Positions 17,976 through 26,965 of a stretch of DNA of 64,000 nucleotides are shown piece by piece. Made by a program: the position numbers and the translations under genes. Position 1 is the stretch's first letter; every line of letters begins with the position of its first letter. The notes below the pieces were generated by a model. It made no database searches, was not told where the DNA came from, and saw only the letters and a program-made list of their open reading frames with translations. The DNA is from an uncultured Verrucomicrobiaceae bacterium (GTDB lineage: Bacteria; Verrucomicrobiota; Verrucomicrobiia; Verrucomicrobiales; Verrucomicrobiaceae): the NCBI GenBank assembly GCA_964553805.1, contig CAZKMS010000008.1:399-64398 (forward strand), written 5' to 3'.

Positions 17976-18370
17976 TGCTCACTTCCACTGCCATGAAAAA
18001 GTTTCTCTGTCTCCTCGCCACTCTCGCTTTCACCGCTGCCAGCGCTGAAGAAGTCAAACACGTCCAATCAAAGGAAGCTGCCGCGCTTCTTGCCAAGGGC
18101 GGCATCGTCGTGCTCGATGTGCGCACCAGTGACGAATTCGCCGAAGGCCACATCAAAGGCGCCAAAAACATCGACTTCCTCGATGAAGCCCAGTTCAAAG
18201 CCGAGGCGGCGAAACTCGACAAGGACAAGACTTACCTCGTGCATTGCCAGGCTGGCGGGCGCAGCAGCAAGTCGCTGAAACCACTGCAGGACCTCGGGAT
18301 TAAGAACCTCATCCACCTCGACGACGGTTTCGGCGGCTGGCAGGAGGCCGGGCTGCCGGTGGAGAAGTGA
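17972..18370 (+). CDS. rhodanese-like domain protein, secreted
   Basis: Signal peptide ...MKKFLCLLATLAFTAASAEE. Active-site loop HCQAGGRS. The ATG overlaps the sulfatase stop (ATGA at 17972-17975). Confidence 0.85.
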   Translation: MMLTSTAMKKFLCLLATLAFTAASAEEVKHVQSKEAAALLAKGGIVVLDVRTSDEFAEGHIKGAKNIDFLDEAQFKAEAAKLDKDKTYLVHCQAGGRSSKSLKPLQDLGIKNLIHLDDGFGGWQEAGLPVEK

Positions 18371-18431
18371 GCCAGCGGCGCTGGTCACAGTCCGGCTTGC
18401 AGTCCCTCCAAGCCCGTTGGATGCTGCGCCC

Positions 18432-19187
18432 GTGAAAGCACCCCTCCAACTCGGCGTGAATGTCGATCACGTCGCCACTTTGCGGCAGGCACGCTACCGC
18501 ACCATGCCGGACGCGCACAATGTCGAGCCCTCCGTTTTGGCGGCTGCCCGGCAGGCGCTGGCCGCAGGCGCGCACAGCATCACCGTCCACCTGCGCGCCG
18601 ATCGCCGTCACATTCAGGACGCCGATGTCGAGAGCCTGCGCGCGGAGCCCGGAATGCTGCTCAACTTCGAGATGGGCAACACGCCGGAAATCGCTGACAT
18701 CGCTCTCCGCCTGCGTCCCGACTATGCCTGCCTGGTGCCGGAGAACCGGGAGGAGGTCACCACCGAGGGCGGTCTGGACGCCGTCGCCAACAAAGAAGCA
18801 CTCGCTCTGCTGGTGCGCGCTTTGGAGGGAAATGGAACCCGCGTCAGTCTCTTCATCGATCCTGATTCCGATCAAGTGCGCGCCGCCGCCGAACTCGGCG
18901 CCAGCATGATCGAGCTGCACACGGGCACCTTTGCCAATCACCTGCCAGGCGCGGGCCGCGAACAGGAGACCCGGCGCCTGCGCGAGGCGGCCGAGCTGGG
19001 GCACAGCCTCGGTTTGCAAATCAACGCCGGCCACGGCCTCACGGTGAAAAACCTGCCGGATCTATTCACGGTGCCGCATCTGGCGGAACTGAACATCGGC
19101 CACTCCCTCGTCGCCCGCGCTCTCAGTGTCGGGCTCGAAGCTTCGGTGCGTGAAATGCTGGCCGCGATGGCCCCCTACCCCGGCTGA
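18432..19187 (+). CDS. pdxJ: pyridoxine 5'-phosphate synthase
   Basis: LGVNVDHVATLRQAR...ITVHLRADRRHI...ELHTG...INAGHGL is the canonical PdxJ pattern. The track ORF opens at TTG 18417. I prefer GVG-free GTG 18432 by length, but the start is uncertain. Confidence 0.9.
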   Translation: MKAPLQLGVNVDHVATLRQARYRTMPDAHNVEPSVLAAARQALAAGAHSITVHLRADRRHIQDADVESLRAEPGMLLNFEMGNTPEIADIALRLRPDYACLVPENREEVTTEGGLDAVANKEALALLVRALEGNGTRVSLFIDPDSDQVRAAAELGASMIELHTGTFANHLPGAGREQETRRLREAAELGHSLGLQINAGHGLTVKNLPDLFTVPHLAELNIGHSLVARALSVGLEASVREMLAAMAPYPG

Positions 19188-19189
19188 GC

Positions 19190-19594
19190 ATGGCCGTCGT
19201 GGGCATCGGCATCGATCTCGTTGAAGTCGCGCGCGTGCGCGAGCTGCTTGATCGCCACAGCGAGCGTTTCAAGGCCAGGACCTTCACCGAAGGCGAGCGC
19301 GCCTACTGCGATGCCTGCGCCGATCCTGCCATGCATTATGCCGCCCGCTTCGCCGCCAAAGAGGCCGCCGCCAAGGCGCTCGGCACCGGCTTTGCCGATG
19401 GCGTGAGCTGGCTCGATTTGGAGATTGTCCGCAGCCCCAATGGCCGCCCCGTGCTGCGCCTGCACGGAGGCGCTTTGGATCGATCCCGCCTGCTCGGCGT
19501 GACCCACACCCACCTCTCGCTGAGCCACACTCGCGAGCTTGCCCAGGCCCAGGTCCTGTTGGAGAAGCTTGAATCCAATCGGCTGTTTAGCTGA
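19190..19594 (+). CDS. acpS: holo-[acyl-carrier-protein] synthase
   Basis: MAVVGIGIDLVEVARV...FAAKEAAAKALG...LSLSHTRELA is the canonical AcpS pattern. Confidence 0.9.
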   Translation: MAVVGIGIDLVEVARVRELLDRHSERFKARTFTEGERAYCDACADPAMHYAARFAAKEAAAKALGTGFADGVSWLDLEIVRSPNGRPVLRLHGGALDRSRLLGVTHTHLSLSHTRELAQAQVLLEKLESNRLFS

Positions 19595-19650
19595 TGCCGT
19601 CTCACTTCCTACTGGCATTTTTCATCCCTTGAATACATTCGGCGTCGGCC

Positions 19651-21024
19651 ATGCCGACTCCGATGCCAGCCATCGACCTTCTTTTCGCCGCTCTGCCTGC
19701 TTTCCTGACCGAGTGGAACTGGCTTCCGCTTGCGGGGATTGCTTGCATCGGCGCCAGCCTGTTGATGCTGCAGCGCGCGCGTGGCATCCAGGCGGAAGCC
19801 GGGCGCAAACTGCTGAGCGCCGAGGAAGCCATCGGCGCCAACGAGCAACGCTGGCGCCTGCTCTTTGAACAAAGCCCGCTCAGCATCCAGATTTTTTCCC
19901 CGAATGGCCAGACCCGCCAGTTCAACCAAGCTTGGCGCGATCTCTTCCGGCTCAGCGACGAGCAAGGCCTCTCTTTCAATGTGCTGCAGGCTCCCGACTT
20001 GGCTGCCTCCGGTGCGACCCAATTGATTCGCCGCGCCTTCGATGGCGAGCCTGTGTCGGTGCCGCCGGTTTTGTTTCCTGTAAACACCGACCCGCCGCAG
20101 CAGCGCTGGATCGGTGGTGTGCTCTACCCCGTCAAAGACAAGGCGGGCAAGGTTTTGGAGGTTGTCGTCATTCATCATGACATCACGGAGATGAAGCGCG
20201 CAGAGGAGGCCATGCAGGCCCTCAATCAAACCCTGGAAAACCGCGTCGCAAAGCGGACCACCGAACTTGAGGCGGCTCAGGTCGGCCTGGCGCGCGCGCT
20301 GGAGGCGGAGCGCGAATTGGGAAATCTCAAAAGCCGCTTCGTCAGCATGGTCAGCCACGAATTTCGCACCCCGCTGGGTGTGATCATGTCAGCCGTTGAA
20401 TTGCTTCAGCACTACGAGGACCGGCTGCCAGCGGAGCAAAAGGCGGAGCTTTTGTCCGACATTCGCGGCGCCACGACTGCCATGGCGGGCCTGATGGAGC
20501 AGGTGCTGCTGCTGGGGCGCGTCGAGGCTGGCAAGTTGGGCTTCCGCCCCGTGCTGGTGGACCTGCCCGTTTTTGCCCAGAAACTGGCCGCCGAAACCTG
20601 CGCAGCCACCCGCAACCGCTGTCCCATTGTCGTCGAATGCGGTCCGGATCTTTTTGGCTCGCAAGCCGACGAAACCCTGCTGCGGCACATCCTCAGCAAC
20701 CTGCTCAGCAACGCCGTCAAGTATTCGCCGCCTGGCAGCGAGATTCTGTTTCGTCTTGAGCGCGCAAATGACGACGCCCTCTGCTTGGTGAAGGATCATG
20801 GCATCGGCATCCCGGAAATGGATCGCCCGCATTTGTACGAGGCCTTCCACCGCTGCGAAAACGTTGGCGAAATTCAGGGCACCGGCCTGGGCTTGGTCAT
20901 CGTCAAACGCTGCGTTGAGATGCACAGCGGCCACATCAGCTTCGAGTCCGAGACCGGGCAAGGCACCACCTTCACGGTGAGACTGCCCCTCTTTGCCCAA
21001 GCCGCTGCCGTCAGCGCGGCTTAG
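19651..21024 (+). CDS. PAS-domain sensor histidine kinase
   Basis: N-terminal TM segment and a PAS-like region (RWRLLFEQSPLSIQIF...). H-box SHEFRTPL, N-box LSNLLSNAVKYS, G-boxes DHGIGI and GTGLGL. Confidence 0.85.
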   Translation: MPTPMPAIDLLFAALPAFLTEWNWLPLAGIACIGASLLMLQRARGIQAEAGRKLLSAEEAIGANEQRWRLLFEQSPLSIQIFSPNGQTRQFNQAWRDLFRLSDEQGLSFNVLQAPDLAASGATQLIRRAFDGEPVSVPPVLFPVNTDPPQQRWIGGVLYPVKDKAGKVLEVVVIHHDITEMKRAEEAMQALNQTLENRVAKRTTELEAAQVGLARALEAERELGNLKSRFVSMVSHEFRTPLGVIMSAVELLQHYEDRLPAEQKAELLSDIRGATTAMAGLMEQVLLLGRVEAGKLGFRPVLVDLPVFAQKLAAETCAATRNRCPIVVECGPDLFGSQADETLLRHILSNLLSNAVKYSPPGSEILFRLERANDDALCLVKDHGIGIPEMDRPHLYEAFHRCENVGEIQGTGLGLVIVKRCVEMHSGHISFESETGQGTTFTVRLPLFAQAAAVSAA

Positions 21025-21060
21025 CCGTTTTGCCGCGAAAAAAGTTCGTGGGCTGCCTGG

Positions 21061-23148
21061 GTGCGATCTCGTTTGATCGTGCTCATGCCCTCTCTCTTCC
21101 GACCAGTTCTTGCCTCCACCCTCCTGCTGCCCTTCGGACCGGCCTTCAGCCAGGAAGCCGTTGTGGCTGCCCAATCCGGCTCGGAATTGCCCGCCATCGT
21201 GGTCGAGGGCAAGGCTGAAAGCCTGCTGGGCACCGCCCCCGCCGCCTCCAAAGGCCAGGCCAGCCGTGAGGAACTTTTGCTGCGGCCCATCTCCCGCCGC
21301 GGCGAATTGCTCGAAACCGTGCCCGGCGTCGTCATCACCCAGCACGCGGGCGACGGCAAAGCCAACCAGTACTTTGTGCGTGGCTCCAACCTCGATCACG
21401 GCACGGACTTCGCCATTCAAGTCGAGGGCATGCCCGTCAATTTTCGCAATCACGCCCACGGCCAGGGCTACGCCGACCTCAACTTTATCATCCCGGAGAT
21501 GGTGCAGCAGCTCGACTACTGGAAGGGCAACTACTACGCCTTCCTCGGCGACCTCAGTTCGAACGGCGCCGCCCGCTTTCATCTCGTCGATCGACTCGAC
21601 CAGGGTCTCGCCACCTTCACTTGGGGCGAATACGATTACTACCGGGGCCTGCTCGCCGACTCCTTCGCCGCCGGACCCGGCAGCCTCACCTTTGCGCTGG
21701 AGTACACCTATTACGACGGACCCTGGGAACTGTCGCAAGGCAGCGAGCGTTGGAATGGCTTCTTGCGTTACCATTGGACCGACGGCACCGACACCATTCG
21801 TGTCACGGCGCTCGGCTATCACGCCGACTGGACTTCCAGCGACCAAATCCCCCTGCGCGCAGTGCAAAACGGCAGCCTTGGCCGTTTTGGTTACGTCGAT
21901 CCCACCAACGGCGGCGAATCGCAGCGTTATTCCCTCTCTGCTGCCTGGGAGCGCCTGGATGGCGGCACCCGCACTTATGCCGATGTCTATGCCGGCTATT
22001 ATGATCTCGACCTCTTCTCCAACTTCACTTACTTCCTGAACGAACCGGTGCGCGGGGATCAGTTCGAGCAGAAGGACAGCCGCTGGTTTGCCGGCGTCAA
22101 CGCGGGACGCGACTGGCAGTTTGAGGCCGGCGGACAGACTCAGCGCCTCAGCGCCGGCTTTCAAACCTATCATGAATGGATCGACGGCATCGGCCTTTAC
22201 CTGACCCAGGCCCGCCGCCGCTTCCAAACCACGCGCGAGGATGACATCTATCAGGGCACCTACGGTCTTTTCGCCGAACTCGAATGGCGGTTCAACGATT
22301 GGCTGCGCGTCACACCCGGCCTGCGCGGCGACCTTTTTCACTCCGATGTTTCCAGCGATCTTGCCGCCAACTCCGGCGACGCCGTGGACGGCATTGTCAA
22401 TCCGAAGCTCGGCATCGTCTTCGGCCCCTGGGCGGACACGGAGTTCTATCTCAATGGCGGCCTCGGCTTTCATAGCAATGACGCGCGCGGCGTCACCATC
22501 TCGCGTGATCCCGTCACCGGCGAAAGCGTGCCCGGAGCCGATCCGCTCGTGCGCACTTACGGCGCCGAGTTCGGCATTCGCAATGAGTCCGTGACCAAGC
22601 TCGTCAACACCCTTAGCTTCTGGTGGCTGCGCAGCGACTCGGAACTCATCTACGTTGGCGATGCCGGCACCAGCGAGCCCGGACCCGCCTCGCAAAAATA
22701 TGGCATCGAGCTGGCCAGCTACTGGCGTCCCACGGACTGGACCATGGTCGATGTCGAAGCCACCGCCACTTATGCGGAATTACTGGACGAACCTGCGGGC
22801 CGTTACATTCCCGGCAGCGTGCCCTACACGATCAACGGCGGCTTCACATTGGGCAAAGCGGAGGGCCTCTTCGCCTCCCTGCGCGCCCGTTATTTCGGTC
22901 CGCGCCCGCTCATCGAAGACGGCAGCATCGACTCCCGCGAATCGTTTCAGGTCAATGCCCGCGTCGGCTACCGCCGGAAAAACTGGGAGCTGGCAGTCGA
23001 CTGCCTTAACCTCTTCGACCGCGACGACAACGACATCGAGTACTTCTACGAATCGCAATTGCGCGACGAGGCCAGATCACGCGAAGACCGTCACTTCCAC
23101 CCGATCGAGCCGCGCATGTTCCGCGTTTCCCTGACTTACCGCTGGTAA
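21061..23148 (+). CDS. TonB-dependent receptor
   Basis: Signal peptide, plug region (ELLETVPGVVITQHAGDGKANQYFVRGSNLDHGTDFAIQVEGMPVN), and C-terminal beta-barrel ending ...RMFRVSLTYRW. An alternative start is ATG 21085. Confidence 0.85.
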   Translation: MRSRLIVLMPSLFRPVLASTLLLPFGPAFSQEAVVAAQSGSELPAIVVEGKAESLLGTAPAASKGQASREELLLRPISRRGELLETVPGVVITQHAGDGKANQYFVRGSNLDHGTDFAIQVEGMPVNFRNHAHGQGYADLNFIIPEMVQQLDYWKGNYYAFLGDLSSNGAARFHLVDRLDQGLATFTWGEYDYYRGLLADSFAAGPGSLTFALEYTYYDGPWELSQGSERWNGFLRYHWTDGTDTIRVTALGYHADWTSSDQIPLRAVQNGSLGRFGYVDPTNGGESQRYSLSAAWERLDGGTRTYADVYAGYYDLDLFSNFTYFLNEPVRGDQFEQKDSRWFAGVNAGRDWQFEAGGQTQRLSAGFQTYHEWIDGIGLYLTQARRRFQTTREDDIYQGTYGLFAELEWRFNDWLRVTPGLRGDLFHSDVSSDLAANSGDAVDGIVNPKLGIVFGPWADTEFYLNGGLGFHSNDARGVTISRDPVTGESVPGADPLVRTYGAEFGIRNESVTKLVNTLSFWWLRSDSELIYVGDAGTSEPGPASQKYGIELASYWRPTDWTMVDVEATATYAELLDEPAGRYIPGSVPYTINGGFTLGKAEGLFASLRARYFGPRPLIEDGSIDSRESFQVNARVGYRRKNWELAVDCLNLFDRDDNDIEYFYESQLRDEARSREDRHFHPIEPRMFRVSLTYRW

Positions 23149-23156
23149 AAAGCGGC

Positions 23157-23933
23157 TCAGCCCGCGATCAACCAGACCGCGGCCACCAAAGTGAGTGCAA
23201 ACAACAGGCGCTCGAATGCCTGCTGAGGCAGCCGCTTCAGCACCCACCAGCCGATCACGACCCCAAGCACCACTGACGGCAGCAGTGTCAAATTCGTGGC
23301 CAGCGAGCGGGCGTTGATGATGCCCAAGTTGGCGCTGAACGGCACCTTGAAGAGATTGATGAACAAAAAGAAGCGGGTAAAAACACCGACGTGCTCGCGC
23401 TTGTCCAGGTGCCGCGAGAGCAGGTAGATCGTCATTACCGGCCCTGCTGCGTTGGCCAGCATGGTGGTGATTCCAGCCGTGAACCCCATGCCCCAAGCGA
23501 AGCTGGTGTGCTCGGTCAGCGCCAGCAACTCCTGCCGTTTCCAGTCAAGCAGCAGCTTGAAGGCGAGCAGGCCGATGATGAGCCAGCCAATGACGACGCG
23601 CGCCGTGGCGTTGTCGATCAAGTCCAAACACCACCAGCCGGCAATGACGCCGGCGATCGCCGGAGGAGCCATCGCCCACACCGGCCGCCAACTGCCCGCA
23701 CGGCGATTGATCCAATAACCCATGAAATCCGCCGCAATGAGCAGCGGCAGCACCAGTCCCACTGAAGCTTTGGCGCCAAAAATCTTCGCCATGATGACCA
23801 CATTGAGCGTGCTGGTTCCGGACAAGCCGCTTTTGGAAAGCCCGATGCACATGGCTCCCACGCACGCCAGCGACAGTGCGGTCAAATTGGCGGGCAGCAG
23901 GGTGTGTTCGTGCAACCAATCGAGAAACATCAT
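23157..23933 (-). CDS. TauE/SafE-family sulfite/anion exporter
   Basis: 258-aa polytopic membrane protein with the duplicated 4-TM pattern typical of TauE/SafE. The ATG overlaps the upstream stop (23930-23933). Confidence 0.8.
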   Translation of the reverse strand: MMFLDWLHEHTLLPANLTALSLACVGAMCIGLSKSGLSGTSTLNVVIMAKIFGAKASVGLVLPLLIAADFMGYWINRRAGSWRPVWAMAPPAIAGVIAGWWCLDLIDNATARVVIGWLIIGLLAFKLLLDWKRQELLALTEHTSFAWGMGFTAGITTMLANAAGPVMTIYLLSRHLDKREHVGVFTRFFLFINLFKVPFSANLGIINARSLATNLTLLPSVVLGVVIGWWVLKRLPQQAFERLLFALTLVAAVWLIAG

Positions 23934-25009
23934 GACTCAGTTTTAACCGGCGCCGGTTTGGGCTCAAGCAGCCACTCCCGGCGCTGCTGCGGATTCATCT
24001 TATGCAGCGGCTTCAGGGTTTGGAAGAACCGCTCGAAATCACCCGCGCAGTCTTCCACCAAAAGCCGTTCGAAGCCGGGAACCAAGTCGTAATACGTCGC
24101 GATCGAGTTCAAGCGCGCGTTGTTGACCGGTTTGGCGAACCAGTGGTCGATCTTCAAGCCGCCACCGTGCTGTTCGTTCAGCGCATCCGCGCGTCTGCGC
24201 AAGCGGGCAAAAACACCAGCCTTCGCTTTTCGCACCGCGTCCGGAGCCAGCCCGGCGCGCGCGTAGAGCGCCGCGAGTTCAACGCGCGCGCGGCTTAACT
24301 CACGCAAAAAGCCAGCCAGGATCACCTCGTCACGCTCAAAAGCATTCAACTCTTCGCCGCGTCCGCTTTCACGCAGCCACAACCGGGCTCCAGCCCGGCC
24401 CACGGCCGTGGCCAGCGCTTCATTGAACTCCGTGTCGCCCCGCAAATAGAGTCGTTGATGCGTCAGCTCGTGGAAGATCAGCTCGGCCAAATCGCGCTCC
24501 GGCAGATCGATGAAGGTGTTCAGCACCGGATCGGAAAACCAGCCCAGCGTCGAATAGGCATCCACCTCGCCGACAAAGACATCGTCACCGCCGGCTCGCA
24601 GGCGCTCCGCCAGCTTCTCCGCGTCCGCTGACTTGAAGTAGCCACGGTAGTTGAGGCTGCCGAGAAAGGGATAACGCCAGGTGCGCGCCGCCAGTGAAAA
24701 CTCAGGCGCGGCGAACACCACCCACACCACATGCTCGCGCCGCAGGTCCGCGTAGCGATGATACTGCCGCCGGGAGGGCAAGGCGAGACGCTGGCTGGCG
24801 AAGCTGCGCAACTCCTCGACCACGCCGAGCTTCTGCCGCAGCGACTCGCTCGTGTTTGCGTCAGCACGGATTCGATCGTTCGCCCGCGCATGCCGCAGGA
24901 TCTGCCACTGGCCCGCCGCCGCCTGCTGGTAAAAGTGCACCGTCTCGCACTGGCACAGCAACAGCATCAGCGCCAGCGCGAGTCCCGGCTTCATCAAGCA
25001 ACGTGTCAT
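23930..25009 (-). CDS. putative zinc aminopeptidase (Aminopep/DUF2265-like, HExxH), lipoprotein-type signal
   Basis: MTRCLMKPGLALALMLLLCQC is lipobox-like. Also ...YPFLGSLNYRGYF...AYSTLGWFSDPVLNTF...LIFHELTHQRLYLRGDTEFNEALAT. The ATG at 25009 overlaps the upstream stop. Confidence 0.75.
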   Translation of the reverse strand: MTRCLMKPGLALALMLLLCQCETVHFYQQAAAGQWQILRHARANDRIRADANTSESLRQKLGVVEELRSFASQRLALPSRRQYHRYADLRREHVVWVVFAAPEFSLAARTWRYPFLGSLNYRGYFKSADAEKLAERLRAGGDDVFVGEVDAYSTLGWFSDPVLNTFIDLPERDLAELIFHELTHQRLYLRGDTEFNEALATAVGRAGARLWLRESGRGEELNAFERDEVILAGFLRELSRARVELAALYARAGLAPDAVRKAKAGVFARLRRRADALNEQHGGGLKIDHWFAKPVNNARLNSIATYYDLVPGFERLLVEDCAGDFERFFQTLKPLHKMNPQQRREWLLEPKPAPVKTES

Positions 25010-25653
25010 TCCTCCAGCAGCCGCGGCTGATGATTCAGCAGTTCCAGCTCCACCACATGCCGCTTTTCCGGCAGCACCTCCACCACGCTGATGCTGCCGT
25101 ATTCGATGTTGAAATGCGCCATGCGTGACAACGGCAAGTCCAGCAGCAGCGACAACATCACACGAATGATGCCACCGTGGCAAAACACCACCGCACGTCC
25201 GCTCTCATTGTCCTCAAGAATGCGATCCAGGCATGGCCGGACCCGCTCATGCAAACGAGCGGCATCCTCGCCGCGCGGCAGCTCCCCGCGTTCCATCACC
25301 TCCAGCCAGTCGAAGGCGCTGATGCCAAAAATCTCCTTCACCTCATCCCAGCGCAGGCCTGTCCAATCGCCAAAATCCACTTCGCGCAGGTCATTCAGAA
25401 ACATCGGCTGCAAGTCACGCGACTGCAGCAGCGGCTCCATGGTCTGGCACACCCGCTTCATGGGGCTGGCGTACACCGCCTCAATGCGCTCGTCACCGAA
25501 CCATTGGCGCACCGCCTCCGCCTGTCTGCGTCCGCGCGGGGACAATTCCATGTCGATCCTCGAACCGCCAAAAACTTGATGATAACGCTCCTCCACCTCG
25601 CCATGACGGATGAGAACGAGTTGGACAGGACGGTGGGGCAGATGGAATCGCAT
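25006..25653 (-). CDS. histidine phosphatase family protein (phosphoglycerate-mutase-like)
   Basis: The RHG motif is in LVLIRHGEVE, with a downstream ...FCHGGIIRV histidine motif. The start was chosen at MRFHLPH. Confidence 0.8.
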   Translation of the reverse strand: MRFHLPHRPVQLVLIRHGEVEERYHQVFGGSRIDMELSPRGRRQAEAVRQWFGDERIEAVYASPMKRVCQTMEPLLQSRDLQPMFLNDLREVDFGDWTGLRWDEVKEIFGISAFDWLEVMERGELPRGEDAARLHERVRPCLDRILEDNESGRAVVFCHGGIIRVMLSLLLDLPLSRMAHFNIEYGSISVVEVLPEKRHVVELELLNHQPRLLEE

Positions 25654-25753
25654 GCGCGGCCATTTTGGCGTGAAAGCCTGCCAGATCAATGCGCAGCCTC
25701 GACTGTCCATGCTTTCACTTGCGCGCCCGCCCTGGCAGGCTAGAGGGGCGGTA

Positions 25754-26965
25754 ATGAAGGCCTTGTACCTGACCAATGAGTTCCCCCCCCACATCTACGG
25801 CGGCGCCGGCGTGCACGTTGATTACCTGACCCGCGAGATGTCCAAACTCATCGACGTCGAGGTGCGCTGCTTTGGCGATCAACGAATGGAGCAGCCGCAT
25901 TTGAAGGCGGCCGGGGTTGGCCTCGACAACGCCGCCTGGACCGCGCCTAAAAATCTCCACTCCGTCTTCGGCGCCGTGCAGCGCTGCCTGCATTTCAACA
26001 CCGACGCCATCGACGCCGATCTCGTTCACTTGCACACCTGGTATTCGCATTTCGGCGGCATCCTGGCCAAGTTGAACTACGGCATTCCGATGGCACTCAC
26101 CGTTCACTCGCTGGAACCTTTGCGCCCCTGGAAACGCGAGCAACTCGGCGGCGGCTATGACTTCTCCGTCTGGCTCGAGCGCACCGCCATTGAGATGGCG
26201 GACGCGGTGATCGCCGTCTCCGAAGAGACCAAGGCCGACGTGCTGCGTCTCTTCAATGTCAACCCTCACCGTGTTCACGTCATCCACAATGGCATCGATC
26301 CCGAGGAGTATCACAAGGTGGACCGGCCCGACCTGCTGCAAAAGCATGGCATCGATCCCGCCCAGCCCTACGTGTTGTTTGTCGGCCGCCTCACCCGCCA
26401 AAAAGGCATCGTCCACCTCGTGCGCGCGATTCAGCACTTCTCTCCTGATTTTCAAGTCGTCCTCTGCGCCGGCGCCCCGGACACACCGGAGATTGCGGAG
26501 GAAATGCACCGTGCTGTCGCCGCTGCCCAAGCCGCACGGCCCGGCATCGTCTGGATTGATCAAATGGTCTCCATAGAGGAAAAGATCGCCTTCTACTCGC
26601 ACGCTGACGTGTTCTGCTGCCCGTCCATTTACGAACCCTTCGGCATCATCAATCTCGAAGCCATGGCCTGTGAAACCGCCGTGGTGGCCAGTGCCGTCGG
26701 CGGCATCAAGGAAGTCGTCGTCAATGGCAGCACCGGCTTCCTGGTGAACCTGCAGCAGCAGGCGGAGAGCCCCTTCGAAGCGCTTGATCCCGAGCAGTTC
26801 GCACGCGATCTGGCCGAGTCCGTCAACCTCCTCATGTCCCATCCCGAGATGCGTCATGGCATGGCCCGCGCAGGCCGCCAGCGCACCGTCGATCACTTCA
26901 GTTGGAAGGCCATCGCCAAACGCACGCATTCCCTCTACCAAACCCTGGCCCGCGACCCTGCGTGA
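25754..26965 (+). CDS. glgA: GT4-family glycogen synthase-like glycosyltransferase (actinobacterial GlgA type)
   Basis: MKALYLTNEFPPHIYGGAGVHVDYLTREM... and the C-terminal EPFGIINLEAMACETAVVASAVGGIKEVV (E-x7-E). Confidence 0.7.
   Translation: MKALYLTNEFPPHIYGGAGVHVDYLTREMSKLIDVEVRCFGDQRMEQPHLKAAGVGLDNAAWTAPKNLHSVFGAVQRCLHFNTDAIDADLVHLHTWYSHFGGILAKLNYGIPMALTVHSLEPLRPWKREQLGGGYDFSVWLERTAIEMADAVIAVSEETKADVLRLFNVNPHRVHVIHNGIDPEEYHKVDRPDLLQKHGIDPAQPYVLFVGRLTRQKGIVHLVRAIQHFSPDFQVVLCAGAPDTPEIAEEMHRAVAAAQAARPGIVWIDQMVSIEEKIAFYSHADVFCCPSIYEPFGIINLEAMACETAVVASAVGGIKEVVVNGSTGFLVNLQQQAESPFEALDPEQFARDLAESVNLLMSHPEMRHGMARAGRQRTVDHFSWKAIAKRTHSLYQTLARDPA

Noticed and set aside
20389-22695. A 768-aa minus-strand ORF spanning the histidine kinase and TonB-receptor genes.
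   Set aside because: It is antisense to two genes with clear motifs. Its translation is Ala/Gly/Val-rich, low-complexity, and has no recognisable domain. This is the classic high-GC shadow ORF. The same reasoning applies to 8947..10320(-), 16842..17972(-), 25715..26941(-), 27184..28320(-), 31483..32706(-), 33082..34257(-), 39357..40286(+), 40383..41513(+), 45049..46365(+), 48161..49591(-), 49666..51096(-), 60191..61129(-) and 61510..62727(-).
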